Shown piece after piece: positions 1 to 9,656 of a DNA stretch of 64,000 bases. The notes under the pieces were generated by a model. That model searched no databases and was not told the origin of the DNA. It saw nothing but the letters and a program-made list of their open reading frames with translations. A program made the translations under genes and the position numbers. Within the stretch, counting starts at the first letter, position 1; each line of letters begins with the position of its first letter. The stretch is from an uncultured Gammaproteobacteria bacterium (lineage in GTDB: Bacteria > Pseudomonadota > Gammaproteobacteria > Pseudomonadales > Halieaceae): contig CAVOYP010000011.1 in the NCBI GenBank assembly GCA_963700715.1, positions 8,349-72,348 of the forward strand. Reading direction: 5' to 3'.

Positions 1-735
1 GTCTGGCGCTTGGATCACAGTGGGCAGCACGAATTCGTCGTTCTCGCCGCGGGCATAGGCGGCCTGCAGCCCCGCCAGCGCGGTGGCGGCGTTGTGGCCG
101 GTGCCTTCGGTGAGCAGTTCGTAAGCCCGCTCGATGCGATCCCAGTTATTGTCCCGGTCCATGGCGTAGTAGCGGCCGGTAATGGACGCCACCCGGCCAC
201 AGCCGAGTTCGGCGAACAGAGCCCCGGCCTGCTCCAGCGAGGGGCCCGCGCTGCGCGGCGGTGTATCCCGGCCGTCGAGGAATGCGTGCAGGTAGACCTC
301 CTGCGCGCCTCGTTTAGCGGCCAGGCGAACCGCGGCGAAGATCTGCTGCTCGTGGCTGTGGACACCGCCGGCGGACAACAGGCCGAAGATATGTACCGCG
401 CCGCCGGCGGCGATCGTCCGGTCGATGGCGCTGCAGTAAGCCGGGTTGCGGTCGAAGCTGCCATCGGCGATGGCCTGGTCGATCAGGGTGATGTTCTGGT
501 ACACGATGCGGCCTGACCCCAGGCTCATGTGGCCCACCTCCGAATTGCCCATCTGGCCGGCGGGCAGGCCGACGTCCAGGCCGGAGCCGGAGATCAGGGT
601 GTGTGGCGCCTGCTGCCAGAGCCGGTCCCAGACCGGGGTCCTGCCCAGGGCAATCGCATTGTCGCGGCTGTCTTCCCGGTGGCCCCAGCCGTCCAGGATG
701 ATCAAAACGGTGGTTTTCCTCTCGCCTCTGCCCAT
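1..735 (-). CDS. gpmI: 2,3-bisphosphoglycerate-independent phosphoglycerate mutase, N-terminal 245 codons (3' end runs off the window)
   Basis: Absent from the ORF track because it has no in-window stop. My reverse translation from the ATG at 735 gives [28 protein letters not shown]...[22 protein letters not shown]...[14 protein letters not shown], typical of iPGM. Confidence 0.9.
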   Translation of the reverse strand, partial: MGRGERKTTVLIILDGWGHREDSRDNAIALGRTPVWDRLWQQAPHTLISGSGLDVGLPAGQMGNSEVGHMSLGSGRIVYQNITLIDQAIADGSFDRNPAYCSAIDRTIAAGGAVHIFGLLSAGGVHSHEQQIFAAVRLAAKRGAQEVYLHAFLDGRDTPPRSAGPSLEQAGALFAELGCGRVASITGRYYAMDRDNNWDRIERAYELLTEGTGHNAATALAGLQAAYARGENDEFVLPTVIQAPD

Positions 736-935
736 CTTTCGTCCCGTTCCTGCCGGCCTCGGCCGGTATCCCTGCAGCGCGGCATTTTAGCCTGTCCGAC
801 GGGCAAGCGCATTGCCTATCTGGATGCATGGCTGGACCCACCAGGGCGCTAAGCTGATGGCGATCCTGATATGGATTGTCAAAGGCCGGTGAAAGGTAGA
901 GCATTGGGCTGACCAGGGCCGGGCAGGCTGGAGCC

Positions 936-2394
936 ATGACGCACTTCGGCAACATTCACCCCTACCGAACGGGCATACTGATCGCGCTGGCGGCTGTTGC
1001 GCTTGCGGGCAGCATATGGCTGTTCCGGGACGGCGGCTCCGAATCCGCCACGCCCGTAGCGCTGGAACAGCGCGCACAAATCTGGACGTGTTCCATGCAC
1101 CCCCAGGTGCGCCTGCCACAGCCGGGTGTATGCCCCATTTGCTCGATGCCGCTGGTTCCGGTAAAGCCCACCACAGGCAGTCATGCCGCTTCAGAACCGA
1201 TGCTGGAACTGTCCGAGCACGCCCGCGCCATGGCCAGCGTGGAGACGGTAACGGTCGAGCGGCGCATCATGAGCCACGACATTCGCGCCGTCGGCAAGGT
1301 GCAATACAACGAGACTGCGCTCGCCAACATCACGTCCCGGGTAGAGGGGTATGTGGAAAACCTGTTCGTGGACTACACCGGCATTGAAGTGAAATCCGGG
1401 GATCACCTGGTGGAGATCTACAGCCCGGATTTGCTGGTGGCGCAGCAGGATGTGCTGTTCGCGCTGGCAGGCCGGCAGAACGCCGGCCTCATCGAGTCCG
1501 CCAGGCGCAAATTGCTGCTGCTGGGATTGACGCAGGCGCAGGTCGACGACCTGGTGCGCAACAAGAAGGTCAGTGACCGCATTACGCTATTCTCGCCCAT
1601 ACAGGGCACGGTGGTGGAAAAGCTGGTGGTGCGCAAGGCGATGGTGCGTCCGGGGGACGTGCTGTACCGGCTGGCTAACCTCGACTCGGTCTGGGTTTAT
1701 CTCGATATCTACGAATCAGAACTGCCCTGGGTGCAGTACGGCCAGATCGCCGAGATCCGGTCCGAGGCCCTGCCAGGCGAGACCTTATCCGGCCGCGTCT
1801 GGTTCATCAGCCCGGTGCTGAACGACGACACCCGCACCGTGAAAGTGTTGCTCAACATCAATAACACCGAGCGCAAGCTGAAGCCGGGCATGTACGTCGG
1901 TGCGGTGATTCGCGCCGAGCTCCTGGCCGACGGCACTTCCGCCCCTACCGGCGTCGAGGGCCAGTGGAGCTGTCCCATGCACCCGCTGGCGGTGTTGCCG
2001 CAGGCCGGCAAATGCCCGATCTGTAGCATGAACCTGGAGCAGATTCCGGGCACGCCGGCGAGTGAGTCGCAGCAACATGACCATAGCCTGCTCGCTGTCC
2101 CTGTATCGGCGGTGCTGGACAGTGGCGTGCGCACGCTGGTGTATGTCGAACGCGGAACAAGGTCGTTTTGTGCCGGTTGAGGTGACCCTGGGCCCGCGCG
2201 CGGGCGATATGTACCCGGTGCTGAGCGGGTTGCACGGCGGCGAGCGCGTCGCGGTGCGGGGCAATTTCCTGCTCGACAGCCAGGCCCAGATACAGGGCCT
2301 GAAAAGCCTGTTTCATACGCCAGCGCAGGCGGCTGTGCCGGGTCACCAACACGACGCGGCGCCGCCTCCCGCGCCTGCCGCACACCAGCACTGA
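936..2394 (+). pseudogene. RND efflux periplasmic adaptor (CusB-like, heavy-metal type), frame-broken near 2151-2157
   Basis: ORF 936..2180 has a TM/signal N-terminus, two CxMHP-x9-CPxCxM motifs and a membrane-fusion-protein body. The conserved C-terminus (EQGRFVPVEVTLGPRAGDMYPVLSGLHGGERVAVRGNFLLDSQAQIQG) lies in ORF 2062..2394 in another frame. Confidence 0.8.
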
Positions 2395-2397
2395 GTC

Positions 2398-5300
2398 ATG
2401 GTCAACAAGCTGATCCACTGGTGCCTGCGGAACGGCTTCCTCGTCTTCATTGGCGTGGCGGCAATCATGGGCGGCGGCTACTACGCGCTGACGCACACCC
2501 TGGCCGATGCCCTGCCCGATATCGGTGAGAAGCAGGTAATCGTCTTCGCCGACTGGCCCGGCCGCTCGCCGCAGGATGTAGACGACCAGGTCACCTATCC
2601 GCTCACCACCAGCCTTACCGGCACCCCCGGGGTGAAAACCATCCGCAGCATGTCCGGCTTCGGTTTTGCGATGGTGTTTGTCATCTTCAGGGACGACGTC
2701 GATTTTTACTGGGCCAGATCGCGCGTGGTGGAACGGATCAGCGTGGCGCAGCAGCGCTTGCCGAAGGGCGTCGTGCCTGTCATCGGGCCGGATGCAACGG
2801 CCCTGGGACAGGTTTACTGGTATACGGTCGAAGGGGAAGGCTTCGACCTGGCGGAACTGCGCAGCATCCAGGACTGGTACCTGCGCTACCAGATCAACTC
2901 CGTGGAAGGCGTCAGCGAAGTCGCCAGCGTCGGCGGCTTCGTGAAGCAGTACCAGATCGATGTACACCCCGACAAACTGCGCGCTCACCGCGTTACGCTG
3001 CTGGATGTGACCACTGCAGTGCAAAAAGCCAACATCGATGTCGGCGCCAAGGTGATCGAGAAGAACGGCATCGAGTTCTTCATTCGCGGAGTCGGCTTTA
3101 TCAAGTCGGTGGAAGATCTGGAAAATGTTGTCATCCGCCAGGAAGCGGGCACACCCATACAGGTAAAGCATGTCGCCACCGTCACCCTGGGCCCGGATTT
3201 CCGCCGCGGCGCCCTTGACAAGGGTGGCGTGGAGGCGGTCGGCGGGGTGGTGGTGATGCGCTACGGCGAGAATCCGCGCGCGGTGATCGACCGGGTCAAG
3301 GCCAAGCTGCGGCAACTGGAGCCGGGCCTGCCGCAGAAGACACTGCCCGATGGCCGCCTGTCGCAGGTGCGCGTCGTGCCGTTCTACGATCGCTCCGACA
3401 TCGTCAATGAAACAATCGATACGCTGCAGCAGGCGCTGGTCGAGGAAATGCTGATGGCCGCCGCGGTGATCGTCATCTTCATGCTGCACCTGCGCAGCAC
3501 CGTGTCGGTGCTCGTCACACTGCCGCTGTCGCTGTGCCTGTGCTTCATCCTGATGTACGTGTTCGGGGTGGACGCGAATATCATGTCCCTGGCCGGCCTG
3601 GCCATCGCCATCGGCGACGTGGGCGACATGGGCATCATCATGACGGAGAACATCTACCGCCATGTCGCCCGCGGCGATCCTGGACAAGAGTCATTTCCAG
3701 CGAGTTTACGAGGGCGCCAGCGAAGTGGGCGGCGCTATCGTCACGGCGGTATCCAACACGCTGGTATCATTCATCCCGGTGTTTTTCCTCACCGACCAGG
3801 AAGGCAAGCTGTTCGCGCCGCTGGCATTCACCAAGACATTCGCCATCGGGTCCAGCGTGATCCTGGCGCTCACCGTGGTGCCGTTACTCTGCTACCTGCT
3901 GTTCCGCCCGGTGAACTGGCCGCTGCGCACCACCTGGTGGCTGGCAGGCGCCCTGGGTACCGCCGCCGCTCTTGCGGTACATCTCATTTTCGACTGGTCC
4001 GGCGCCACCGGGCTCTACAGCGGCTGGCCCATGGCTGTTGTCAGCGGCGTGATCGTGGCGTTGGCAATCGTTCGCATGACTCGCGAACGCTGCCTGCCAC
4101 TGGAACAGAACATTGTCTCGCAACGGGTGTCCCGGGTTTACGAACCCACCTTGCGCTGGGTATTGACGCATAAGACGCCCTTTCTCGTCATGCCGATGGC
4201 GATCCTGTTTCTGGGGCTCACGGTTTGGCTGGGCATTGGCACCCTGCTGAAACCGGTGGAGTGGCTGGCGAAACGCTGGGTACCGAGCGAGCCGCGTCTG
4301 GAGCTGGACCAGTTGCGCTGGCAGACGCTGCGCAACTCGGATCAGTCCACTGTAGGGCGTATGCTCTGGCGCGAGTCTACCGCCGCGGAGCGGGCCAATG
4401 ATGCCGCGGCCGGCCTGGAGCTTGTGCGGGAACGCCGCATCCTGCCTGGCATCGGGCGCGAGTTCATGCCGCCGCTGGATGAAGGCTCTTTTCTCTATAT
4501 GCCGTCGCTGCTGCCCCAGGCCGGCCTTGGAGCCGCGATCGAGGTTAACGCGAAACAGGATCTTGCGATTGCCAGTGTGCCGGAAGTCGAAAGCGTGGTC
4601 GGCAAGATCGGCCGATCCGAGTCCGCGCTCGACCCGGCACCAATTGGCATGATGGAGAGCATCGTTATCCTCAAGCCCGAGACAGAGTGGCGCCAGGTAC
4701 CGGTGGCGCGGTGGTTCTCCGGATGGCCCGGCTGGTTGAAGGCGCCGCTGGCCTGGGCATGGCCCGAGCAGCGCCGCATCACCAAGGGCGAAATCCTCGC
4801 CGAACTCCAGGACAAGGTCGCGATCCCGGGCGTACTGCCGACCTGGCTGCAGCCGATACAAACACGGCTGGTTATGCTGCAGACAGGCTTTCGCGCCATG
4901 ATGGGGGTAAAGATCTACGGCGGCGACCTGCGGGAAATAGAGCGCATTGGCCTTGCGATCGAACAGGTGCTGAACCAGGTGCCAGGCGCCATCGATGTCG
5001 TCGCCGACCGCATCGTCGGCAAACCCTACCTGGAATTCGAGATCGACCGCGATCGCATCGCGCGCTACGGAGTCAACATTCGCGACGTGCAGGATGTGAT
5101 CGAGGTGGCCATCGGCGGGATGAACCTGATGGAATCCGTGGAGGGGCGCGAGCGCTATCCGGTGCGGGTGCGCTACCTGCGCGAATTTCGCGAGGATATC
5201 CCGGAGCTGGAGAAGATCCTCGTGCCCACCAGCAGCGGCGCGCATGTGCCGCTCGCACAGGTAGTGACCATACGCAGTGTGCTGGGCCCGCAGGAAATCA

Positions 5301-6005
5301 AGGGCGAGCGTGGCCTGCTGGTCGGCTACGTGACGATGAACACGCGCGACCGGGACGAGGTAAGCGTGGTGGAGGACGCCGAGCGCGCGTTGCAAGCCGC
5401 GCTGCAGGAAGGTCGGCTGCAGTTGCCCGCCGGCTACTACTGGGAATGGAGCGGCCAGTTCGAAAACCAGGTGCGCGCCATGGCCAGGATGCAGATTCTG
5501 GTGCCGGTCGTGCCTGGCGATCATGTTCGTGATGCTGTACCTGGGATTCCGGCGCTGGTGGGTCGCGCCCATCATCTTTTTCAATATTGTGGTCTGCGCC
5601 GCCGGCGGCTTCATCATGCTGGCGCTGTGGGGCGCGAACCTCTCCGTGGCGGTATGGGTGGGTTTCCTGGTGCTGTTCGGCGTGATCGATGATGATGGCG
5701 TGGTCATGGCCACCTACCTGGAAGGCATTTTCGACGAGGCCCGGTTCGAGTCCGTCAACGACATTCAGGATGCCGTCGTCGCCGCCGGGCTGAAACGCAT
5801 CCGCCCCGCCCTGATGACCATCTCCACTACCGTGTTCGGCCTGATGCCCATTTTCTGGGCCACCGGTCGCGGTTCCGACGTGATGCAACCCATGGCCATA
5901 CCCTCCATCGGCGGCATGGTGGTGAACATCTGCATTGGCATATTCGTCGTGCCGTGTGTGTTTTGCGCGGTGGAAGAATGGAAGTGGAGGCGCGCGCGGC
6001 GCTGA
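2398..6005 (+). pseudogene. Heavy-metal efflux RND permease (CusA/CzcA family), two frame breaks (about 3660-3680 and 5513)
   Basis: Three collinear ORF pieces in frames 1, 2 and 0 (2398.., 3662.., 5523..6005) reconstruct one RND permease: MVNKLIHWCLRNGFLVF...IIMTENIYRH | AILDKSHFQRVYEGASEVGGAIV...DQEGKLFAPLAFTKTFA...ENQVRAMARMQILVPVV | LAIMFVMLYLGFRRW...GLMPIFWATGRGSDVMQPMAIP. Confidence 0.85.
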
Positions 6006-6021
6006 ACAGGGCCCTGCGGCG

Positions 6022-7460
6022 TTACAACCCCAGATACTCCCTGCTGATGGTGAAAATATCCGCCTGCCGCACAAAGGGCGGTATGCGTCCGAGCGCCTCG
6101 CTATTGCCGAACAGCGGCACCGCAGCGCCGGTGTGCTCTTCCATGTTGAAATTGTTGGTCGCGTAGTTGACCGCCATGTTGCCGCCTTCCGGCGTGCGGA
6201 TGCGCGCCAGTTTGCCGGGCGTGAAAATGGGGATGGGGAATTCCGCGAACAGGCTTTCATCGGGAACGAGCTGCGCCGCCTGGGCGTGATCGGCTGTCAC
6301 CATGACCAGCGTATTGGGGTGTTTCTGCGCGAATTCCAACGCGCTCGCCAGCGCCTCCTCAAGCTGCTCGAGCTCGCCGATCGACCCACAGGGCTTGCGT
6401 TCGTGCGCCTGCTTGTCGATGGAGGCGGATTCGATCATCAGGAAGAAACCCTTCTGGTTGTCGTGGCTCAGGTGCCTCAGCGCCGCGTCGGTCATCTGGC
6501 GCAAGCTGGGCGTCTGGCCATAGGCGGGATTGGGTTCGCAGAGCATTGTCTCGGGCAGGGTCACGCTGCCGAGGTAAGGGTGCAGGCGGTTGAGCAGGCT
6601 GGGCCGGGGCGACTCGGCCTCCCGGCCGCCCTCCCCCGCAGTCGCACCGGCAGATCGTCCGGGGCGAACAGCCCCAGCAGCTTTTTGTCCGCCCTGGCCG
6701 AGGCAAGTTGCGAGCCTGAGGTAACAAGCTCGAAGCCGTTGCGGCGGGCCAGGTCGGCCACGCTGGCGGTCTCGCCTTCGGCCGCGGGCGCGAAGCGATC
6801 GGCGCCGCCGCCGAGCAGCACATCGAGCGGTGACTGCGCCAGCTGCTCGGCGATGGAGCCCCTGCCGCCGGCGCTTTTCAGGTCAGCCGGGCACTCGCCC
6901 AGCGGGATATCGCGATAGCGGATATCCAGCATGGTGCCGGGATCCTCGCACAGGCGCAGGCTGATATGGGCGGCGAAGGACGCGGGCGTGGCGTCGGTGA
7001 CGCTGGAGGTAGTCGCAATTCCGGTGCGCAGGCCGGCGGCGGCCGCCAGTTCGACTATGGTGGTGAGGTCGCGGTCGTCGCCGGCGCTGGTGCCGATGCG
7101 CCCGATGCTGGTGACAGCGCCAGTCGCCATGGTAGTGGCGGTGTTGGCGGAGTCGGCCACGTACACCGGCTTACCGCCCACACTGTCTTCGATGGTCTGG
7201 ATATGTACTGCGGAACGCAGTGGCATGTCATCCAGCAACAGCCTGCCGGCGGAGCCCTTCAGGTAGTTGCGGGCGATCGTGATCTGCTGCTCATCCATGC
7301 CGTCGCCGATGATCAGGATGACATTGCGCGGTTCGCTTGTGGCAGCGGTGTCAACCGGGCCATCGACTGCGGTGCCCCTGGCCAGTCCCGGGAGGATGAG
7401 CAGCAACAGGCCGCCCACCAGCAGGCGGTGCGATGGACGGTTTTGCTTCAGTATTGTCAT
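6022..7460 (-). pseudogene. phoA: Alkaline phosphatase (PhoA family), frame-broken at a C5/G5 run (6633-6637)
   Basis: ORF 6561..7460 has a signal peptide plus IIGDGMDEQQITIARNY and VADSANTATTMATG (active-site Ser motif). ORF 6022..6564 carries the C-terminal half (FFLMIESASIDKQAHE...VTADHAQAAQ). The two halves join if one G is added on the coding strand. Confidence 0.8.
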
Positions 7461-7503
7461 GGCAGGATCAGGGTTTCCGGCGGTTCAAAACAGGCGTATT
7501 GAT

Positions 7504-7535
7504 ACAATGGCGGGCGGGGCCATGCACGCCATTGT
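7504..7535. repeat. 9-bp perfect inverted repeat (acaatggcg-N14-cgccattgt) between the gst stop and the phoA start
   Basis: Read directly. It lies just downstream of the GST stop (7542) on the minus strand and has no adjacent T-tract. Confidence 0.4.
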
Positions 7536-7541
7536 CCGCCC

Positions 7542-8186
7542 TCAGCCAACAGGCCGGCTGGCCGCGGGCCCGGCAATCGACATCGCCTTTTGATAGGCTG
7601 GCCTGGCCCCAATGCGCTCCACATAGGCTTTGGTGTTGGGCAGCGTGGCGTCGATGGTGCGCGCGCCCAGCATGGCCAGCGAGGTCAGGTTGAACATCGA
7701 CATGATGTCGGCGCAACTGAACGCTGGTCCGCCGAGGTACTCCGACTCCCCGAGGCGCTGCTCGAGTGCGCGATAGATGCCCTCCTCACGGCGCTGCGTG
7801 GTGGCCATCATGGGGTTTTCCGCCCCCGGCGCAGCGCCCATGGTCTGGAAGGCGAGCTTGATGAACAAGACCGACTGCAGGTTGTTGTTGAACTGCATCC
7901 AGAACAGGTAGTGCGGGTAGTCCGCATCGTCCGGCTTCACGGACAGGCGGCCGCCGCCATGGCGCTGCGAGATGTACTCCACAATGGCGGTTGACTCGGC
8001 CATTACCAGGTCGCCGTCGGTAATGATCGGCGCTGTGCCGGCGGGGTGCAGGGCGCGATATTCGGCGGGAGCCAGGAAGTCCGGGCCGCGGTCGTACCAT
8101 TTCAGTTGATAGGGCAGGTTGAGCTCCTCCAGCAACCAGACGATTCGGTCCGATTGTGAAACACCGAGGTGGTGAACAGTGATCAT
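7542..8186 (-). CDS. Glutathione S-transferase family protein
   Basis: MITVHHLGVSQSDRIVWLLEELNLPYQLKWYDR...HPAGTAPIITDGDLVMAESTAIVEYI. I chose the start at the internal ATG 8186, which is preceded by AGGAG; the track ORF extends to 8282. Confidence 0.8.
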   Translation of the reverse strand: MITVHHLGVSQSDRIVWLLEELNLPYQLKWYDRGPDFLAPAEYRALHPAGTAPIITDGDLVMAESTAIVEYISQRHGGGRLSVKPDDADYPHYLFWMQFNNNLQSVLFIKLAFQTMGAAPGAENPMMATTQRREEGIYRALEQRLGESEYLGGPAFSCADIMSMFNLTSLAMLGARTIDATLPNTKAYVERIGARPAYQKAMSIAGPAASRPVG

Positions 8187-8361
8187 GGGCTTCTCCTGAT
8201 TACGCGGCGCCCCAATGTGAGGGAATCTCCCAGTCGGGTCAATCCCTGCCACGACACAGCTCGATTCAGGGGCTGGTTGCACCCGGCGCCAGCCTGTATA
8301 CTTGCCGCCTTTTTGAGCAACCTGACCCGCAAGCGGGCAGGCCCTTGCAACCGGCGCTTTT

Positions 8362-8388
8362 TTGTTACTAACCCGTTGTTACTAACCC
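8362..8388. repeat. Tandem direct repeat ttgttactaaccc x2 (period 14) upstream of the rhodanese-grxC-secB operon
   Basis: Read directly in the gst/rhodanese divergent intergenic region. Confidence 0.6.
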
Positions 8389-8419
8389 AAAGTGTCACCA
8401 GGACATCGATTGCTTTTTT

Positions 8420-8839
8420 ATGGCGTTATTTCTGGAGTTTCTGGCCCAAGAGTGGATCCTGGTACTGGCCCTTCTGGTGGTTATAGTCATGCTGGTATGG
8501 CATGAGACCCGCAAAGCCGGCCCGTCGGTCACACCGCAGCAGGCGATCAACCTGATCAACAGCGAGCAGGGCGTGTTTGTGGACCTGCGGGACAACGCCG
8601 ATTACCGCCAGGGACATATTATCGACACCCTGCATATTCCCTCGGCCAAGCTGGAGGAGCGAGTGGCGGAGCTGGCGAAATACAAGGACAAACCGGTCGT
8701 GCTGGTATGCAAGATGGGCCAGCAGTCCGGCGCGGCCAGCAAGCAGCTCAAGGCGGCCGGCTTCACCCGGGTCTACCGGATGACCGGCGGCATGATGGAA
8801 TGGAGCAACCTGCAGTTGCCCGTCACCAGCAAGTCCTGA
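8420..8839 (+). CDS. Membrane-anchored rhodanese-domain protein
   Basis: N-terminal TM helix, then a rhodanese fold with active-site loop VLVCKMGQQSG. It occupies the conserved position before grxC-secB. Confidence 0.8.
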   Translation: MALFLEFLAQEWILVLALLVVIVMLVWHETRKAGPSVTPQQAINLINSEQGVFVDLRDNADYRQGHIIDTLHIPSAKLEERVAELAKYKDKPVVLVCKMGQQSGAASKQLKAAGFTRVYRMTGGMMEWSNLQLPVTSKS

Positions 8840-8845
8840 GTCGCC

Positions 8846-9109
8846 ATGAGTGCCCAGGTTGTCATGTACTCAACCCGGTTCTGCCCCTACTGCGTGCGCG
8901 CCCGGGCGCTACTGGAGGGCAAGGGAGTCAGCTACACCGATATCGGCGTGGACGGCAGGCCCGAATTGCGCACACAGATGGTCGAGCGCAGCGGCAGGTA
9001 TACGGTGCCGCAGATCTGGATCGGCGAACAGCATGTGGGCGGGTATGACGATATCGCCCTGCTGGATCGCCAGGGCCGGCTCGACCAGTTACTTTCAGCG
9101 GCGCCCTGA
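8846..9109 (+). CDS. grxC: Glutaredoxin 3
   Basis: 87 aa with the CPYC active site (YSTRFCPYCVRA) and TVPQIWIGEQHVGGYDD. Confidence 0.9.
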   Translation: MSAQVVMYSTRFCPYCVRARALLEGKGVSYTDIGVDGRPELRTQMVERSGRYTVPQIWIGEQHVGGYDDIALLDRQGRLDQLLSAAP

Positions 9110-9148
9110 GCGCCGCGATATTTACCCAACCCAACGGAGGACGGCTCG

Positions 9149-9640
9149 ATGGCCGAGGAACAAGCAGCAGGCAGCCAGGCACAGACGCAACAACAGTTTG
9201 CGTTGCAGCGCATATACACCAAGGACATCTCCCTGGAATCCCCCGCCGCGCCGGCGGTGTTCAAGAAACAGTGGCAGCCGCAGGTCAGTGTTGACCTGGG
9301 TACCAAGAGCGAGAGGATCGATGAGGGCGGGAATTACGAAGTGGTCCTCACCATCACCATTACCGCCAAGGTCGAGGGCGAAACCGCCTTCCTGATCGAG
9401 GTGCAGCAGGCCGGGATCTTCTTCATTACCGGTTTCGGCGCGGATGACCTGCGCCGTATCGTCGCCACGGCGGCGCCCAATATCCTGTTCCCGTACGCCC
9501 GCGAGTGTATCGATAACCTGTGTGTGAAGAGCGGTTTTCCGCCCGTCATGCTGGCGCCGATCAACTTCGACGCCATGTACCAGCAGGCGCTGGCCCAGGC
9601 GCAGGCCGGGCAGAAAGCCGCGGAGCCCGCCACGCACTGA
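9149..9640 (+). CDS. secB: Protein-export chaperone SecB
   Basis: FALQRIYTKDISLESP...FLIEVQQAGIFFI...ILFPYARECIDNL...GFPPVMLAPINFDAMY. Confidence 0.92.
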   Translation: MAEEQAAGSQAQTQQQFALQRIYTKDISLESPAAPAVFKKQWQPQVSVDLGTKSERIDEGGNYEVVLTITITAKVEGETAFLIEVQQAGIFFITGFGADDLRRIVATAAPNILFPYARECIDNLCVKSGFPPVMLAPINFDAMYQQALAQAQAGQKAAEPATH

Positions 9641-9656
9641 GCGCACAGGCACCGGC

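Noticed and set aside
10-955. Track ORFs 10..516(+), 15..464(-) and 314..955(-) at the left edge.
   Set aside because: A different minus-strand frame, missing from the track because its stop lies outside the window, translates to a clear iPGM N-terminus. The listed ORFs are low-complexity shadows of it.
5738-5760. GGTTCGAGTCC, which resembles a tRNA T-loop.
   Set aside because: It lies inside the RND permease coding frame (ARFESVN). No acceptor, D or anticodon arms can be folded around it.
2398-6005. Programmed ribosomal frameshifting as an explanation for the split RND permease.
   Set aside because: The two breaks go in uncompensated directions. I see no slippery heptamer or downstream structure at either site, and neighbouring genes are broken too. 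Mutation or sequence error is far more plausible.
6633-6637. Phase-variable switch (slipped-strand mispairing) controlling alkaline phosphatase.
   Set aside because: The run is only 5 nt, shorter than typical contingency-locus tracts. The other three breaks in the block are not in homopolymers, which points to general decay or error rather than a switch.
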